A stretch of DNA of 64,000 bases from Vicugna vicugna (lineage: Eukaryota). The translations under genes were made by a program, and so were the position numbers. Location: NCBI GenBank assembly GCA_013265495.1, contig MU058636.1, forward strand, positions 1,860,001 through 1,924,000, written 5' to 3'. Shown here piece after piece: positions 1 to 50,904 of the stretch. Position 1 is the stretch's first letter. Each line of letters begins with the position of its first letter. The notes beneath the pieces are model-generated. The model was not told the DNA's origin. It was given only the letters and a program-made list of their open reading frames with translations, and made no database searches.

Positions 1-786
1 ATTTTACCGCAAAAAAAAATCATCAAAGATTTTTCTGCCTCTTTAAGATAATTTAAAACTTAATATGTGTTGGATTTCCAGGAACTAAAAAGATGTGTTT
101 TTTTAGGTGATAAGTGTTTCCTACTTTTTCTCTGTTGCTGACAGTGATTGTAACACAGACAGTAACAAATGTGAACACCGATATGTCATTTATTTTTGAC
201 AAAAATGATAGTGGGCGCGGCAGGGGAGCGCAGACAAATCTGTTACTGAGATGATCCTTCGTGAAGAGCTGAGGGGAGAGAAGCACGATCAAGAAGAAAG
301 ACAAGTGAGGGCAGTGGGAGAAGGGCTGCCTCTGTGACGGGAGGTCACCCAGGCATCTGCTTGCCGCAAGCCCTCGCCGCGGGGTGTTTCTCTTACTCCC
401 GGAAACAGTCTTCGTTTTCGGTACAGGAGGCCAGTCCAGGCTCAGAGAATTCAACAAAGAAGGTACTCCAAGAAAAATAAGTTCAAAAGTCAATTCCCTG
501 TGCAAATGAACGCACGGCATCCAACAGAGTGGTGACTACCAGGTCCTGTGAAGGAATCTGGCATCGGGCTGCTGTCACTGTTGGGACTGTGTGAATAGTG
601 CACAAGGAGTGCACAATCCCTACCACAGTTGGTGAATAAATGAAGTGAAGTTACCTGCATAGAGGCTGTTTTTCCATCTAATCAACACATTGGCCTTCCC
701 TTCAATTCCGCTTCTTAAAATGTGCTTTCCCCAAGGCAGGGTGTGTCCTGGAGTCAGGCTGCCAGAAGGACAACAGCAGTCCCAGG

Positions 787-801
787 GCGCCACCTGCTGG
801 C
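787..801 (-). promoter_or_regulatory. CTCF core motif
   Basis: Minus strand GCCAGCAGGTGGCGC matches consensus CCASYAGRKGGCRS. Confidence 0.65.
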
Positions 802-1138
802 AAGACCCCTGCAAGGGGCTGCCGCGGGGCTGTCCAGGCGGCGGCAGCAGCACTTTCCTGAGATCGGGGCAGGTGTGCTCTGACACGAGACAAAAATGTG
901 TAGTGTGTCAGGGACACAATTTGACCCAAACTAAAACCAAATCTGGGATAAGGGCTGGGTTTAAAAGAGTCTAATTTCATTTTCCAACGCCATCCTTCCT
1001 AAGAAAATGTGGGCTTTTTTATATCATATTTGGTGTTTACAAAAGTTACGTTATTAAGGATAATACCATGAGGAACACCTGTGAACCCATGACCCCACCC
1101 AACCCCCGAAACTTCAAATGTCATTATGTGAAAATGAA

Positions 1139-1265
1139 TTTTTTTTGGGGGGGTAATTGGATTTATTTATTTACTTATCTATTTTTAATGGAGGTCCTGG
1201 GGACTGAACTCAGGACCTCTTGTACGCTAACCATGCGCTCTGCCGCTGAGCTGTACCCTTCCCCC
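1139..1265 (-). mobile_element. tRNA-Ala-derived SINE (camelid Vic-1-like)
   Basis: tRNA-like head with A/B boxes, AATAAA-rich linker, CCCC tail. Confidence 0.85.
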
Positions 1266-1444
1266 GATCATGAATAAACAGTGATAATTATATATTATAT
1301 ATATATATTACAGTTCCATAATTATATATATTAATATATATATTACAGTTCCATGTAATACCTTGAGTGAAATCTAGCATAATGTAGATTCTTTTTTTCT
1401 TTAAGAAATTAACCTCTGGAAGTCGATATGGTGTATGACACATT

Positions 1445-1552
1445 CTGGGGGTGTTTTGTTTTGTTTTGTTTGTTAATGGAGGTACTGGGGATTGAACCCA
1501 AGCCCTCCTGCATTCTAAGCACGTGCTCTACCACTAAGCTAAACCCTCCCCC
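1445..1552 (-). mobile_element. tRNA-Ala-derived SINE (Vic-1-like)
   Basis: Minus strand GGGGAGGGTTTAGCTTAGTGGTAGAGCACGTGC...GGTTCAATCCCCAGTACCTCC. Confidence 0.85.
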
Positions 1553-2379
1553 AACACTTATTTTTATAAAGCTCCTGAACAAGAGAATATTCATTTTCAA
1601 GAAAATTAAATTGTTTGGTGCCTGTAATACTGCAGCAACCAGAGGGGTGCTCTACAGGTCAGTCCACGTACAAATGTATTTATTTGGCTCCATCCACAGT
1701 GAAGTCATGTTCAGAAAGTACGTGTGTCCTGACCACAATCACTGGGGCAGAAGGAAAAGGAGAACATGCCTGTAAACGTTAACTCACTTTTATTTTCCCC
1801 CCTGTGATCACCAACACATAAGCAGTTCAAGAGGGCTTCCCCAATGCCTGCCGCTCGACTCCCTCCTCAACTACTATCAAGATCGCAGAAGGTACAGAGG
1901 AGAATAAATCAGTGCAGCCCTCAAAGCTAGAAAGACCGTGGGATGATCAAAAATAGAGGACTTTCTGGAGAAGTTAGGGCAGCACGTGGGCGGCTCACAG
2001 GCCCAGCAGGAAGGCCAGTGACCCAGGCTTGGGCAAGAGGAGGGACCAAGGCAGCCCCAAGGACCCAGGAAGTTAGAGCTGCTGTCACTCCTGCCGGAGA
2101 CGGTACGTGTGAATTATCAGCTCCAACTCCTTGTCCGTCCTTGTCTGATCCAGTGAAGCTACAAAGTTCCAGAACAAGGGGAAGTTTATTAACTTGGCTT
2201 GAGTCAAGGACCCGCCTTGGCTTCACGGCAAAGCCCCCTGACAGTCATCCCACCTCACTGCATACAACAGGGAGACGTAAGTCCTCGAATCACGGGGCTG
2301 TGACCAGTGAAACGGAGTGGGTAACTGGATGGCTAACAAAACCCTTGATCACTGCCACAGGGTCTTTGAAAATAGTAAG

Positions 2380-2965
2380 CACAATAAAACATCTAAAATG
2401 GAGCTACCATGTGCTCAGCAATCCCACACCTGGGTGTATAAACAGAAGAACTGAAAGCAGGGTCTTAGAGGTATTTACACTCCCATGGTGATAGCCGCAT
2501 TATTCACAATAGCCAAGAGGTGGAAACAAACTAAATATCCACTGATGGACAACTAGATAAATAAAATGTGGTCTATCCATACCATGGAATACGGCTCAGC
2601 CTTCAAAAGGAAGTCCTGACACCTGCTACAACATGGGTGAACCTTGAGGACATCGTGCCACATGAAATAAACCAGTCACAAAAAGACAAACACTGTACGA
2701 TCCCCCTTCTGTGAGGTGCCTAGTGTCATCCAATTCCTACAGACGGAAAAGATGGTTACCACGGGGTGAAGGGAGAGGGAAAGGGTGGGGGGCCTCTGTT
2801 GAATGGGAACCAAGTTTCGTATTTTGCAAGATGAAAAAGTTCCGGAGGTCTGTTTCACAACAAAGCGACTACGCTTAACACTACTGAGCTGTACACTTAA
2901 AAGTGGTGAAGACGGTAAATTTTAGGTTACATGTTTTTTCCCCACCACTATTAAAAGTACAATAA
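2380..2965 (+). mobile_element. Old L1 (L1MB-like) ORF2 end and 3' UTR fragment
   Basis: CAGCAATCCCAC...TTATTCACAATAGCCAAGAGGTGGAAACAA...ACTGAGCTGTACACTTAAAA hallmarks. Confidence 0.85.
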
Positions 2966-3964
2966 ATAAAATGATAGCAAATACAAGGATGGGAAAACTA
3001 CAGCTGAAACTGTAACGGTAGCTCCTCAGAGAAGAATTTGGGGTTTGGGTGCCTAAAGGGGAAAGTTCACATATTACTACAAGTAAAAATATAAAATTAC
3101 TTGAATTTTTAACATCACGCATATGGTATGCTTTGAGGAGGTAGAAAATTGACTGCTCAGACTTACTGTGTCCTGACTGTGCGCACAAAGGGAGTCAGGC
3201 ATAGAATTCGGAGGAAATCAAAATCAAAAAAAAAGAATTCAGAGGAAATCACACCTACTTTCAAAATCCAAGCCAGAGAAAGGATGTTTACGTTATGTGG
3301 TAGACTTGAAACTATATTGTAAATCAACTACTTCAATCTAAAAAAAAGAAAGGGCTTTTACTGAAGTTTACTTAAGAAGGTAAGTACTTAAAGTAGGTAG
3401 GTTCAATATTAAGAGCCAACGGGATGACCCAGGCAAAAAGCCCCCGCGAGGATTCAGAGGAGGACCTGTCACTCAGGGTGGGGCCGAGAGAGACGGGGGA
3501 GAAGATGGCACTCAGGTCTCGTCCTCTCGTCCCCAGCAAGGACTCAAGTATGGGGAGAAGGGAGCTGGCATCCCGGATAGAGGGTGAAGAAAAGAAAAAC
3601 TGGACATGGGGCTGCCCAAGACATTCCCGCTGGACATGAGCAGTGGGTCTGGCTAAAGAGACCATGGAAAGCTGGGATGAGCAGTGGGTTTTAACTGGTG
3701 GACCCAGAGGCACTGAAAGCGCTCCAGCCGAGGCGCCGTACCTGCCAACCAGTGCGTTAGGAAGAAGAATTTGTCAGCGGCACAGAAAACTTCGGGGGTG
3801 GAGAGACTGGGAGAAGAGTTAGGCGAAAAAGGATGAGTGTGCTCTGAGTGTACAGCAGCTGGTCTAAAGCAAAGGATTAAAGCCAGAAAGTTATGGGCCA
3901 ACGACAATATCACATTATACTCACCAGCTAGGCGTGGATCTAAGTGATTTATGTTTATCTAATC

Positions 3965-4133
3965 CAGTTGGTCTCCTGTACCCACGATTGGTTGAATCTG
4001 TGGATACGGAAGGCGCAAACACAGAGGGCCAGCTCTATGATCCCATTTTATGTAAAGGAGTTGAGCATCTGTGGATATTGGTATCTGAGGGGTGTCATGG
4101 AACCAGTCCCCCACGGATACTGAAAGACGACTG
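3965..4133. mobile_element. MER2-like Tigger MITE (internally deleted)
   Basis: CAGTTGGTCTCC...CCACGGATACTGAAAGACGACTG followed by TA. Confidence 0.75.
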
Positions 4134-4164
4134 TATATGTATGTATGTGTAACGTACATATACT

Positions 4165-4330
4165 ACATGTGTAATTCATCTAATTCTTACAACAATCTTG
4201 TAAGATAGATGCCATTATTATCCCATTTTCTGGAAGGGGAAACTGAGGCCTAGAGAGGTTGAGTTACCTGCTGAAGGTCCCACAGCTAAGAGGCGGTGGG
4301 AAGAGGACTGACTGGCTGAGAGCTCTTCTC
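4165..4330 (-). mobile_element. MIR SINE
   Basis: ATTATTATCCCATTTT...GGGAAACTGAGGCCTAGAGAGGTTGAGT core. Confidence 0.75.
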
Positions 4331-4704
4331 TGCAATCACTACAGGGGAAGAGGGACAAGAAAAAGAAAGAAAGGCAGAACTTCACCAAGTTCCTCGCCAA
4401 GGGGATGAGGACAAATCCAAGTTTACAAGCTTGTGGGATGAAGGATGGTGAGCTTCAAAGGATGAAGGGTACAGAAGCAAAGCACCGCTTCAGGGAAGCC
4501 AGCTGAAGTCCGCATCAGCTGTTCCTCACTCAGTCTGGGGGCAGGAGTCACGGATCCATTCAAAAATCTGATGAAGGAATCAGCCTTCCTGCAAGAAGAA
4601 AAACACACAGGCACAAACGAAACATCTCACATGGTTTCAGAAGATTCGTGAACACCAGCTAAGTCTCACCCTCAATCTACTATGTAAACAATTCAATAAT
4701 GAAC

Positions 4705-5124
4705 ATTTCTATAGTAGAAATTTTATTTCCATTCATAAAATATATCACTAAATAGCTGAAAAAGTTACATATTATTTTAAAACATAGAGTTAAAAAATCA
4801 TATTTGCTTCTCCTTAGCAAAATGCTTTTGTCTTATGTATTTATAAGAATATAGTATACTTCAGGTACACAATTTTCACTCAAGCCAGCCTGAGAAGGCC
4901 TTTGGATGTAGGCAGATGCTCCAATAAAGCTCGTCTTGCCTTGTGCAAAGGATGACTGGATTTACAAAAGTCCCTTTGGAAACAAGAGTAAATACAGAGA
5001 GCTTCTAGAGAAAAGTCCAGCAAAGCAGCAGTTGGGAATATATTTTCATTTAGTGATGACATTAATCTTGTTTTGGTAACCTACAGCCTGTTTAAGGTAG
5101 GTGTGGGGGCAGGGAATGAAGTCC
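4705..5124 (-). other. FLT3: FLT3 3' UTR
   Basis: AT-rich segment between the TAA stop and the AATAAA; cleavage site approximate. Confidence 0.75.
4722..4727 (-). terminator. FLT3 polyadenylation signal AATAAA
   Basis: Minus strand reads GGAAATAAAATTTCTACTATAG, resembling the human FLT3 mRNA end as recalled. Confidence 0.8.
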
Positions 5125-44675
<39,551 letters not shown>

Positions 44676-44854
44676 CTGTAAAGCAAAGTAAAGACAATGC
44701 TGTTGATACGTGCACACCCTAAAAAGAAATATGCGTTCATCTTACAACAAAATGAAATGTAACCAAGGAAAAGAGGCCAACAGGAAAGTATGTAGGGATT
44801 GTAATTTCATAGAAGGCAAAGTCTTACTATAAATCAGGAGCAGAGGTACTCAGA

Positions 44855-45405
44855 GCAGTGTTGTCCAAGGGAACGTTCCGCAGTGAAGGAAACATTCCTA
44901 ATCTGTGCTGTCCAATATGGTAGTCACTAGCTGCACGCAGCTATTAGGCATTTGAAATGAGGCCAGTGCAACTGAGGAACTGATTATTTGTATAAAAGCC
45001 ATTTTTTCTTCTTTATGGTTCTCCAGTGCATACAAAAGTTATGTTTACACTATATTGTAGTCTCAGTGTGCAACGGCATTATACCTAAGAAAGCTGTACG
45101 TACCTTAATTAAAAAACACATTCTTGCTAAAAACTGCTGTCACCAGCCTTCAGTGAATTGTAGTAGTAACATCAAAGATCTCTGATCGCAGATCACCATA
45201 ACAAATATAACAGTAATAAAAAAGTTCGAAGTATTGTGAGAATTGCCAAAACAAAGCACAAGACATGAAGGGAGCAAATATTGTGTTGGAAAGATGGCGC
45301 CCCTAGACTGGCTCAAGGCAGGGTTGTCACAACCCTTCAATTTATAAAAAATGCAGTATCTGCGAAGCACAGCATAGCAAAAGGCAGTAAAACAAGGTAC
45401 GCCTA
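44855..45405 (+). mobile_element. MER3 fragment followed by a Tigger1 3' fragment
   Basis: MER3-like CAGTGTTGTCCAA...TGTGCTGTCCAATATGGTAG; Tigger1 end GCAGTAAAACAAGGTACGCCTA followed by TA. Confidence 0.75.
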
Positions 45406-45429
45406 TACCAGCAGCGCATTCCTTTAAAT

Positions 45430-45954
45430 TGCCGAGTGGTAGTCTATTGCATGGATACAACACAGTGTTTAAATTCATCCCCCTGTTGGTAGACTTTGGA
45501 CTGTCTCTACTTTGGTGAGCTTACAAACAGAGCTGTTAGGAACATTTGTATAAAAATCATGGTATGGACATACACTTTCATTTTTCTTGAGTAAATACCA
45601 AGGACTAGAATACCTTGGTCATGTGGGAGGTGTCTGTGTAACTTTTTCAGAAAGTGTGAACTGTTCGCCAAAGAGGTTGCATCACTTAATATTCCTGTTG
45701 GCAGTGTATGTGGCAATTCCAGTCTGCCACATCCTCACCAACGCTTGGTATGATGAAAATATTTAATTTTAGCCATTCTTATAGGTGTAGTATATCTCAC
45801 TGTGGTTTTAACTTGCATTTTCCTAATGATTTGGAGCATCCTTTCAGGTGCTTAGATGACATCTTACGTATTATTTAGTAGTGTGTCTGTTCACATCTTT
45901 TGCCCAAATCAAGTCTTTTACAATTGGGGTATTTTATTGAGTTTTGAGAGTTTT
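45430..45954 (-). mobile_element. Old L1 ORF2 3' segment (host of the younger L1)
   Basis: CCACATCCTCACCAAC...TTTTAACTTGCATTTTCCTAATGA antisense L1 hallmarks. Confidence 0.8.
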
Positions 45955-46168
45955 CACCCTTCAGTTTTATTGAGATATTGTTGACATATAACATTGTATT
46001 CGTTTCAGGTGTACAACAGAATGATTAGACATAGATAGATAGATAGATAAAGATTACCACAAAAATTTCGTTAACATCTGTCAACTCACTGAGTTACAGC
46101 ATTTATTTATTGTGATGAGAACTTTTAAGATCTACTCTCTTAGCAACTTTCAAATGTATAAAAGACTA

Positions 46169-46590
46169 CAGGTATCTCCCACTTTTCGAAAGTTCGCTTT
46201 ACGCCGCTTCCCTTTCATAAAAGACCTACGTTAGTACCTGTTTTCACTAACTGAAAGAAATCTGAAGAGGATTTTTGCTTTTATGAAAAAAGATGAAAAG
46301 CAAAAACAGCATTCAGAGTATGTTTTGTGGCGAACTCTTACAGAGGCAGCTTGAACCCCAAGCAAGGAGAGGGGCCCTGACAAGCTCTTACCCTGGAAAC
46401 TATACTCAGCATCTTGGCATCAAGCTGCCAGAGCTTTGAACTGTGTCTATGAGCATCTGTGCTTTATCTGTTTATTCTGTGTATCTGTCATCTAGATGTG
46501 TCCTAAGGTAATAGCTTCTTCACTTTACATCATTTCAGCTTTACAGAGGTTCCACAGGAATGCTCTACTTTGAGATAGTGGGGAAATCTG
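46169..46590. mobile_element. Non-autonomous Tigger element (Tigger9-like) inserted at TA in the L1
   Basis: TA|CAGGTATCTCCCAC...GTGGGGAAATCTG|TA; the L1 sequence is continuous across it. Confidence 0.75.
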
Positions 46591-46901
46591 TATTGGTAAC
46601 ATAGTCACCATCTTGCACATTATATCCCCAGAACTTATTTATGTTAGAGCCGGAAGTTTGTACCTTTTGACCACCTTCACATATATCTCCCATCTCCTAA
46701 CCCCACCTCTGGCAGACACCAATCTGTTCTCCATTTCTATGAGGTTTTCTTTTTAGATTCTACATACAAGTGAGATTAGATTATACAGAATTTTCCTGAC
46801 TTACGTCATGTAGCATAACGCCCTCAAAGTGTATCTATGTTGTCACAAGTGGCAGGATTTATTTCTTTTTTATGGTGAAATAATACTCCATTGTATATAT
46901 C

Positions 46902-49900
46902 CTGTTGACCCTTGAACAACGTGGGTCTGAACTGCACAGGTCCACTTATACACGGATTTTGTTCAATAGATATATTAGGCAATTTTTTGGAGATTTATGA
47001 CTATTTGAAAAAACCCACAGAGGAACTACATAGCCTAGAAATATCTAAGAAATTAAGAAAAAGTAAAGTATGCATGAACACATAAAATATATGTAGATAC
47101 TAGTCTATTTTATCACTTACTACCATAAAATAAACATAAATCTATTATGAAAGTTGAAACTTATCAAAACTTAGGCACACGAACACTTACATACTGAATG
47201 TGGCACCATGCGCAGTTGGAAGAAATGTAAACAGATGTAACGATGAGATACTAAATCACAGCTGCATAAAGTTGACTGTCATACACACTGTCATACTGTA
47301 GTAATTTCATAACCACCTCCTGCTGCTATTGTGATGAGCTCAAGTACTGCTAGTACCTGCTTAAAACACCATGTGATGCTCATGATCTCCAGTGAGCAGT
47401 TCCTCTCTGGTAAATTGCACATCATGGTAAAAAGTAGTCTCTTTAGGTTCTTGCGTATTTTTCATTGTTTAGTCCATTGCCATAAACCTTGAATCACACC
47501 GTGGGACCCAAACAAAGTGCCACTAGTGATGCTGGAAGTGTTCCCAAGAAGCAGAGACAAGTCATGGTATTACAGGAAAAAGCTGAATTGCTTGCTCTGT
47601 GCCACAGATGGAGGTCTGCAGTGGTCGTCTACCATTTCAAGACAAATAAATTCACCTTAAGGACCATTGTAAAAAAAAAAGAAAGAAAGAAAAGAAAAGG
47701 AAATTTGTGAAGCAGTTGCTGCAACTACACCAGCAGATGTGAAAATATTGCACTTTTTGCAAAATAACTTTTTAGCTCATATTGAAAATGCAGGATGTGG
47801 GTGCAGGATTGGTATAAGAAAGGCGTACCTGTGGATTCCAATATGATTAGAGAAAAACAAAGACATGATATGACAACTTAAAGCCAAAGGAAGGTGAAGT
47901 TGGAGAATTTAATGCCAGCAAAGGAAGGTTTGATAATTTTAGAAGGAAGTTTGGCTTTAAAAAATGTCAAGATAACAGGAGAAGCAGCTTCTGCCGAACC
48001 AGAGGCAGCAGTCAGGTCCCAGATGCCATTAAGAAAATCATCGAGGAGAAAGGATATATATCTGTCTAAACAGACTTTTAATGCAGATGAAAGCACCCTA
48101 TTTTGGAAAAAAATGCCACAAAGGACATTTATTAGTAAGGAACAGAAAGAGCACCGAGATTTAAGGCAGGAAGGGGTAGGCTGATTCTACAGCTTTGTGC
48201 AAATGCAGCTGGGTTTGAAACGAAGCGGGAACCTGGGGGGCTCTCCTGGGTACAAAAGTCTTTCCACGTCCCCCGTTTCTAGTTTGTAGGAAAAAGGCTT
48301 CAGCCTCCTAGACCTTCCCTGAGTTCCAAAGGGCAGATTCAAACAGTTACTAGTTAGGAAAGGGAGGGAATGCAGAAACAAAGGAAAACCGTCAAGAAAC
48401 AATAGTGAAGCAATAAAGCAGAGTCGTGGTTCCTGCCCTGTGGACAGACATAACAATCTGATACTTCCATTGAGTTCTTTTACAGGAACCAAGGCCCCCA
48501 CCCAGGGGAGGATGGTAACTTCAGGCCGAGCACAGGAATCCTGGAACGCCTCTCTGTTATCTCACCACCAACCAATCAGAAGAAAGTCACAGCTGCTGCT
48601 GCCCTCACGCCCAATTTTGCCTTTAAAATCTCTCCTCTGAAAACCATCATGGAATCCGGGTCTTTTGAGCACAAGCTGCCCATTCTTGCATGGCTCTTTC
48701 CATAAATCTTTCTCTGCTCCAAACTTTGATGTTGTGGTTTGGTTAGCCTCACTGTACATCAGGCACATGAACGTGGGTTCAGCAACAGGTTTATGATCAG
48801 GGCTGCTTGTGTCTACAAAGCTGATAACAAGCCCTGAAGGGAAAGGTAAACACCAACTGCCTGTCTTTTGGTTGCACAACAAGAAGGCCTGGACAACGAG
48901 TATGCTTTTTCTGGACTAGTTTCATTGATGCTTTGTCCCCAAAGTCAGAAAGCACCTTGCTGGTAAGGGACTGCCTTTTAAAGTTCTTTTGATGTTGGAC
49001 AATGCCTCCTTAGCCAACCAGAGCCCCATGAGTTTAACACACGAGGGCATTGAAGTGTTCTACTTGCCCTCAAACACAACATCTCTAACTCAGCCTCTAG
49101 ATTGGGGGGGTCATAAGGACCTTTAAGGCTCATTATACACAGTACAGTACAGAAAGGACTGTCAGTGCTGTGGAGGAGAATCCGACTGATCATTAAAGTC
49201 TGAAAGGCTCACACCACGGAAGATGCCGTTGCTATTATACAAAAAGCTGTGAAAGCCACCAAGCCCCAAACAGTACATTCCTGCTGGAGAAAACAGTCTA
49301 GATGGGGTGTGCCTGACATCACAGGATTCACAACAGAGCCAATCAAGGATATCATGAAAGAGATGTGGACCTGGCAAAAGACGTGGGAGGTGAAGGGTTC
49401 AAGACACGGATCTTGGAGAAACTCAAGAGCTGACAGGCACCACATCAGAGGAATTAACGAAGACAGTTTGATGGAGATGAACACTTCTAACCAGTGCCAG
49501 ATGATGAGGAAGAAGACGAGGTAGAAGCAGGAGTGCCAGAAAACAGACTGACATCAGACAATCTGGCAGAAGGGTTCTGACTACTAAAGGCTGCTGTTGA
49601 CTTCTTAATTTATGACATGGACCCTTCTAGGATACAAGGGCTGAAATTAAAGCAGATGGTGGGGAAAGGAGTGGTACCATATAGAAACATTTTTAGAGAA
49701 ATTAAAAGGCAAAAAGGTCGGACAGAAATCATGATGTATTTCCATAAAATTACACCTAGTGTGACTACCTCCCCCACCCTGTCCTCCATCTCTCTCTTCT
49801 GCTGCCCCTGAGACAGCAGGACCAACCCCTCCCCTTCTCTCTCCTCCTCAGCATCCTCAACATGAAGACGATGAGGATGGAAATCTTTATGAAGATCCAC

Positions 49901-50904
49901 TTCCACTTAATGAATAGTAAATCATTACCATGTCTTACAGTTAATAAACTTGTTTGGTGTGTGTGTGTGTGCATCTTGGTGGGACTATCTAATAAATGGG
50001 AAGCAAGAACTGTATGAGATGTTTTTTGTGTCATTATCATCATCACCTACATATTCATCATGTAGAACATTATATGCAAGACTCGTATTTATATAGATAG
50101 CCTATCCTTATGTAGGCATAAGGTGAGTGATGTTTAATATAAAATAAATAAGGTTTTAGTGTTCTTACTGGTTTATAACTTTGCTTTCAAAGAATTACAT
50201 TACCGTACAATATGACTCTCTCTCTCTCATACTTGGAGTGATTGCATTATCAGTCTGTCACCACAGGTGAGAGGTTTTGTAAAAAATTTAATGAACTTTC
50301 CAATACTGTTTAATGAATATGACTGTAACATTGTATGTCATAAAAATTATAACAATTCATTCATTAATGTATAGGCTAGGCTACCGTGAAGAGCTATCAT
50401 ATCACTTACACTAGGCTACTGTAAAGCTGCTTCTTCATTATCAATGCAAGAATCATTATACCTGTAAATAAATATGAATTTCTTTTTCACATTATCTTTT
50501 TACTTTTGAAGCCTAGTGTTAGTAACACATATAACATCTACCCTGTTTTGTACCATGTAAGACAATATTAATGTAGATACTGACAGACAATTCGTTCTGC
50601 AAACACGATGGAAACTTACACTATTGATAAATACAGGACAGTACTGTAAATGTATTTCCTTTTACTTATAATTTTCTTAATAGCATTTTCTTTTCTCTAA
50701 GCTTATTTTATTGTAAGAATACAGCATGTAATATAGATAACATACAAAATAATTACTAATGAGCTCTTTATGTTATCCGTAAGGCTTCTGGTTAGCAGCA
50801 GGCTATTATTAGTTAAGTTATGGGGGTGTCAAAAGTTATACTAAGATTTACAACTGCACAGGGAGTCGGTACCCCTAACCTCTCTGTTGTTCAAGGGTCA
50901 ACTG
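46902..50904 (+). mobile_element. Full-length degenerate Tigger2-family DNA transposon
   Basis: TIRs CTGTTGACCCTTGAACAAC / GTTGTTCAAGGGTCAACTG; transposase remnants SATSDAGSVPKKQRQVMVLQEK, NVKITGEAASA, FNADESTLFWKKMP, LDNA, QPLD; many stops and frameshifts. Confidence 0.92.
48216..48787 (+). mobile_element. Solo MER41-like ERV1 LTR inserted in the Tigger2 transposase
   Basis: TGAAAC...GCAACA termini, perfect 4-bp TSD GGTT; removing it restores GCTGGGTTTATGATCAGG. Confidence 0.88.

Noticed and set aside
1285..1355. Repeated TATATATATTACAGTTCCAT unit (repeat-spacer-like)
   Set aside because: Only two copies in AT-rich DNA; simple slippage duplication. No CRISPR-like array exists in this eukaryotic window.
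1943..2491. 182-aa plus-strand ORF
   Set aside because: Runs through MIR-like and L1 sequence; no coding signature.
1..4700. URAD or another neighbouring gene
   Set aside because: No exon resembling URAD or CDX2 recognised; the region is repeats and intergenic DNA.
47489..49900. Functional or domesticated Tigger transposase gene
   Set aside because: Multiple stops and frameshifts, plus an LTR inserted in the catalytic region.
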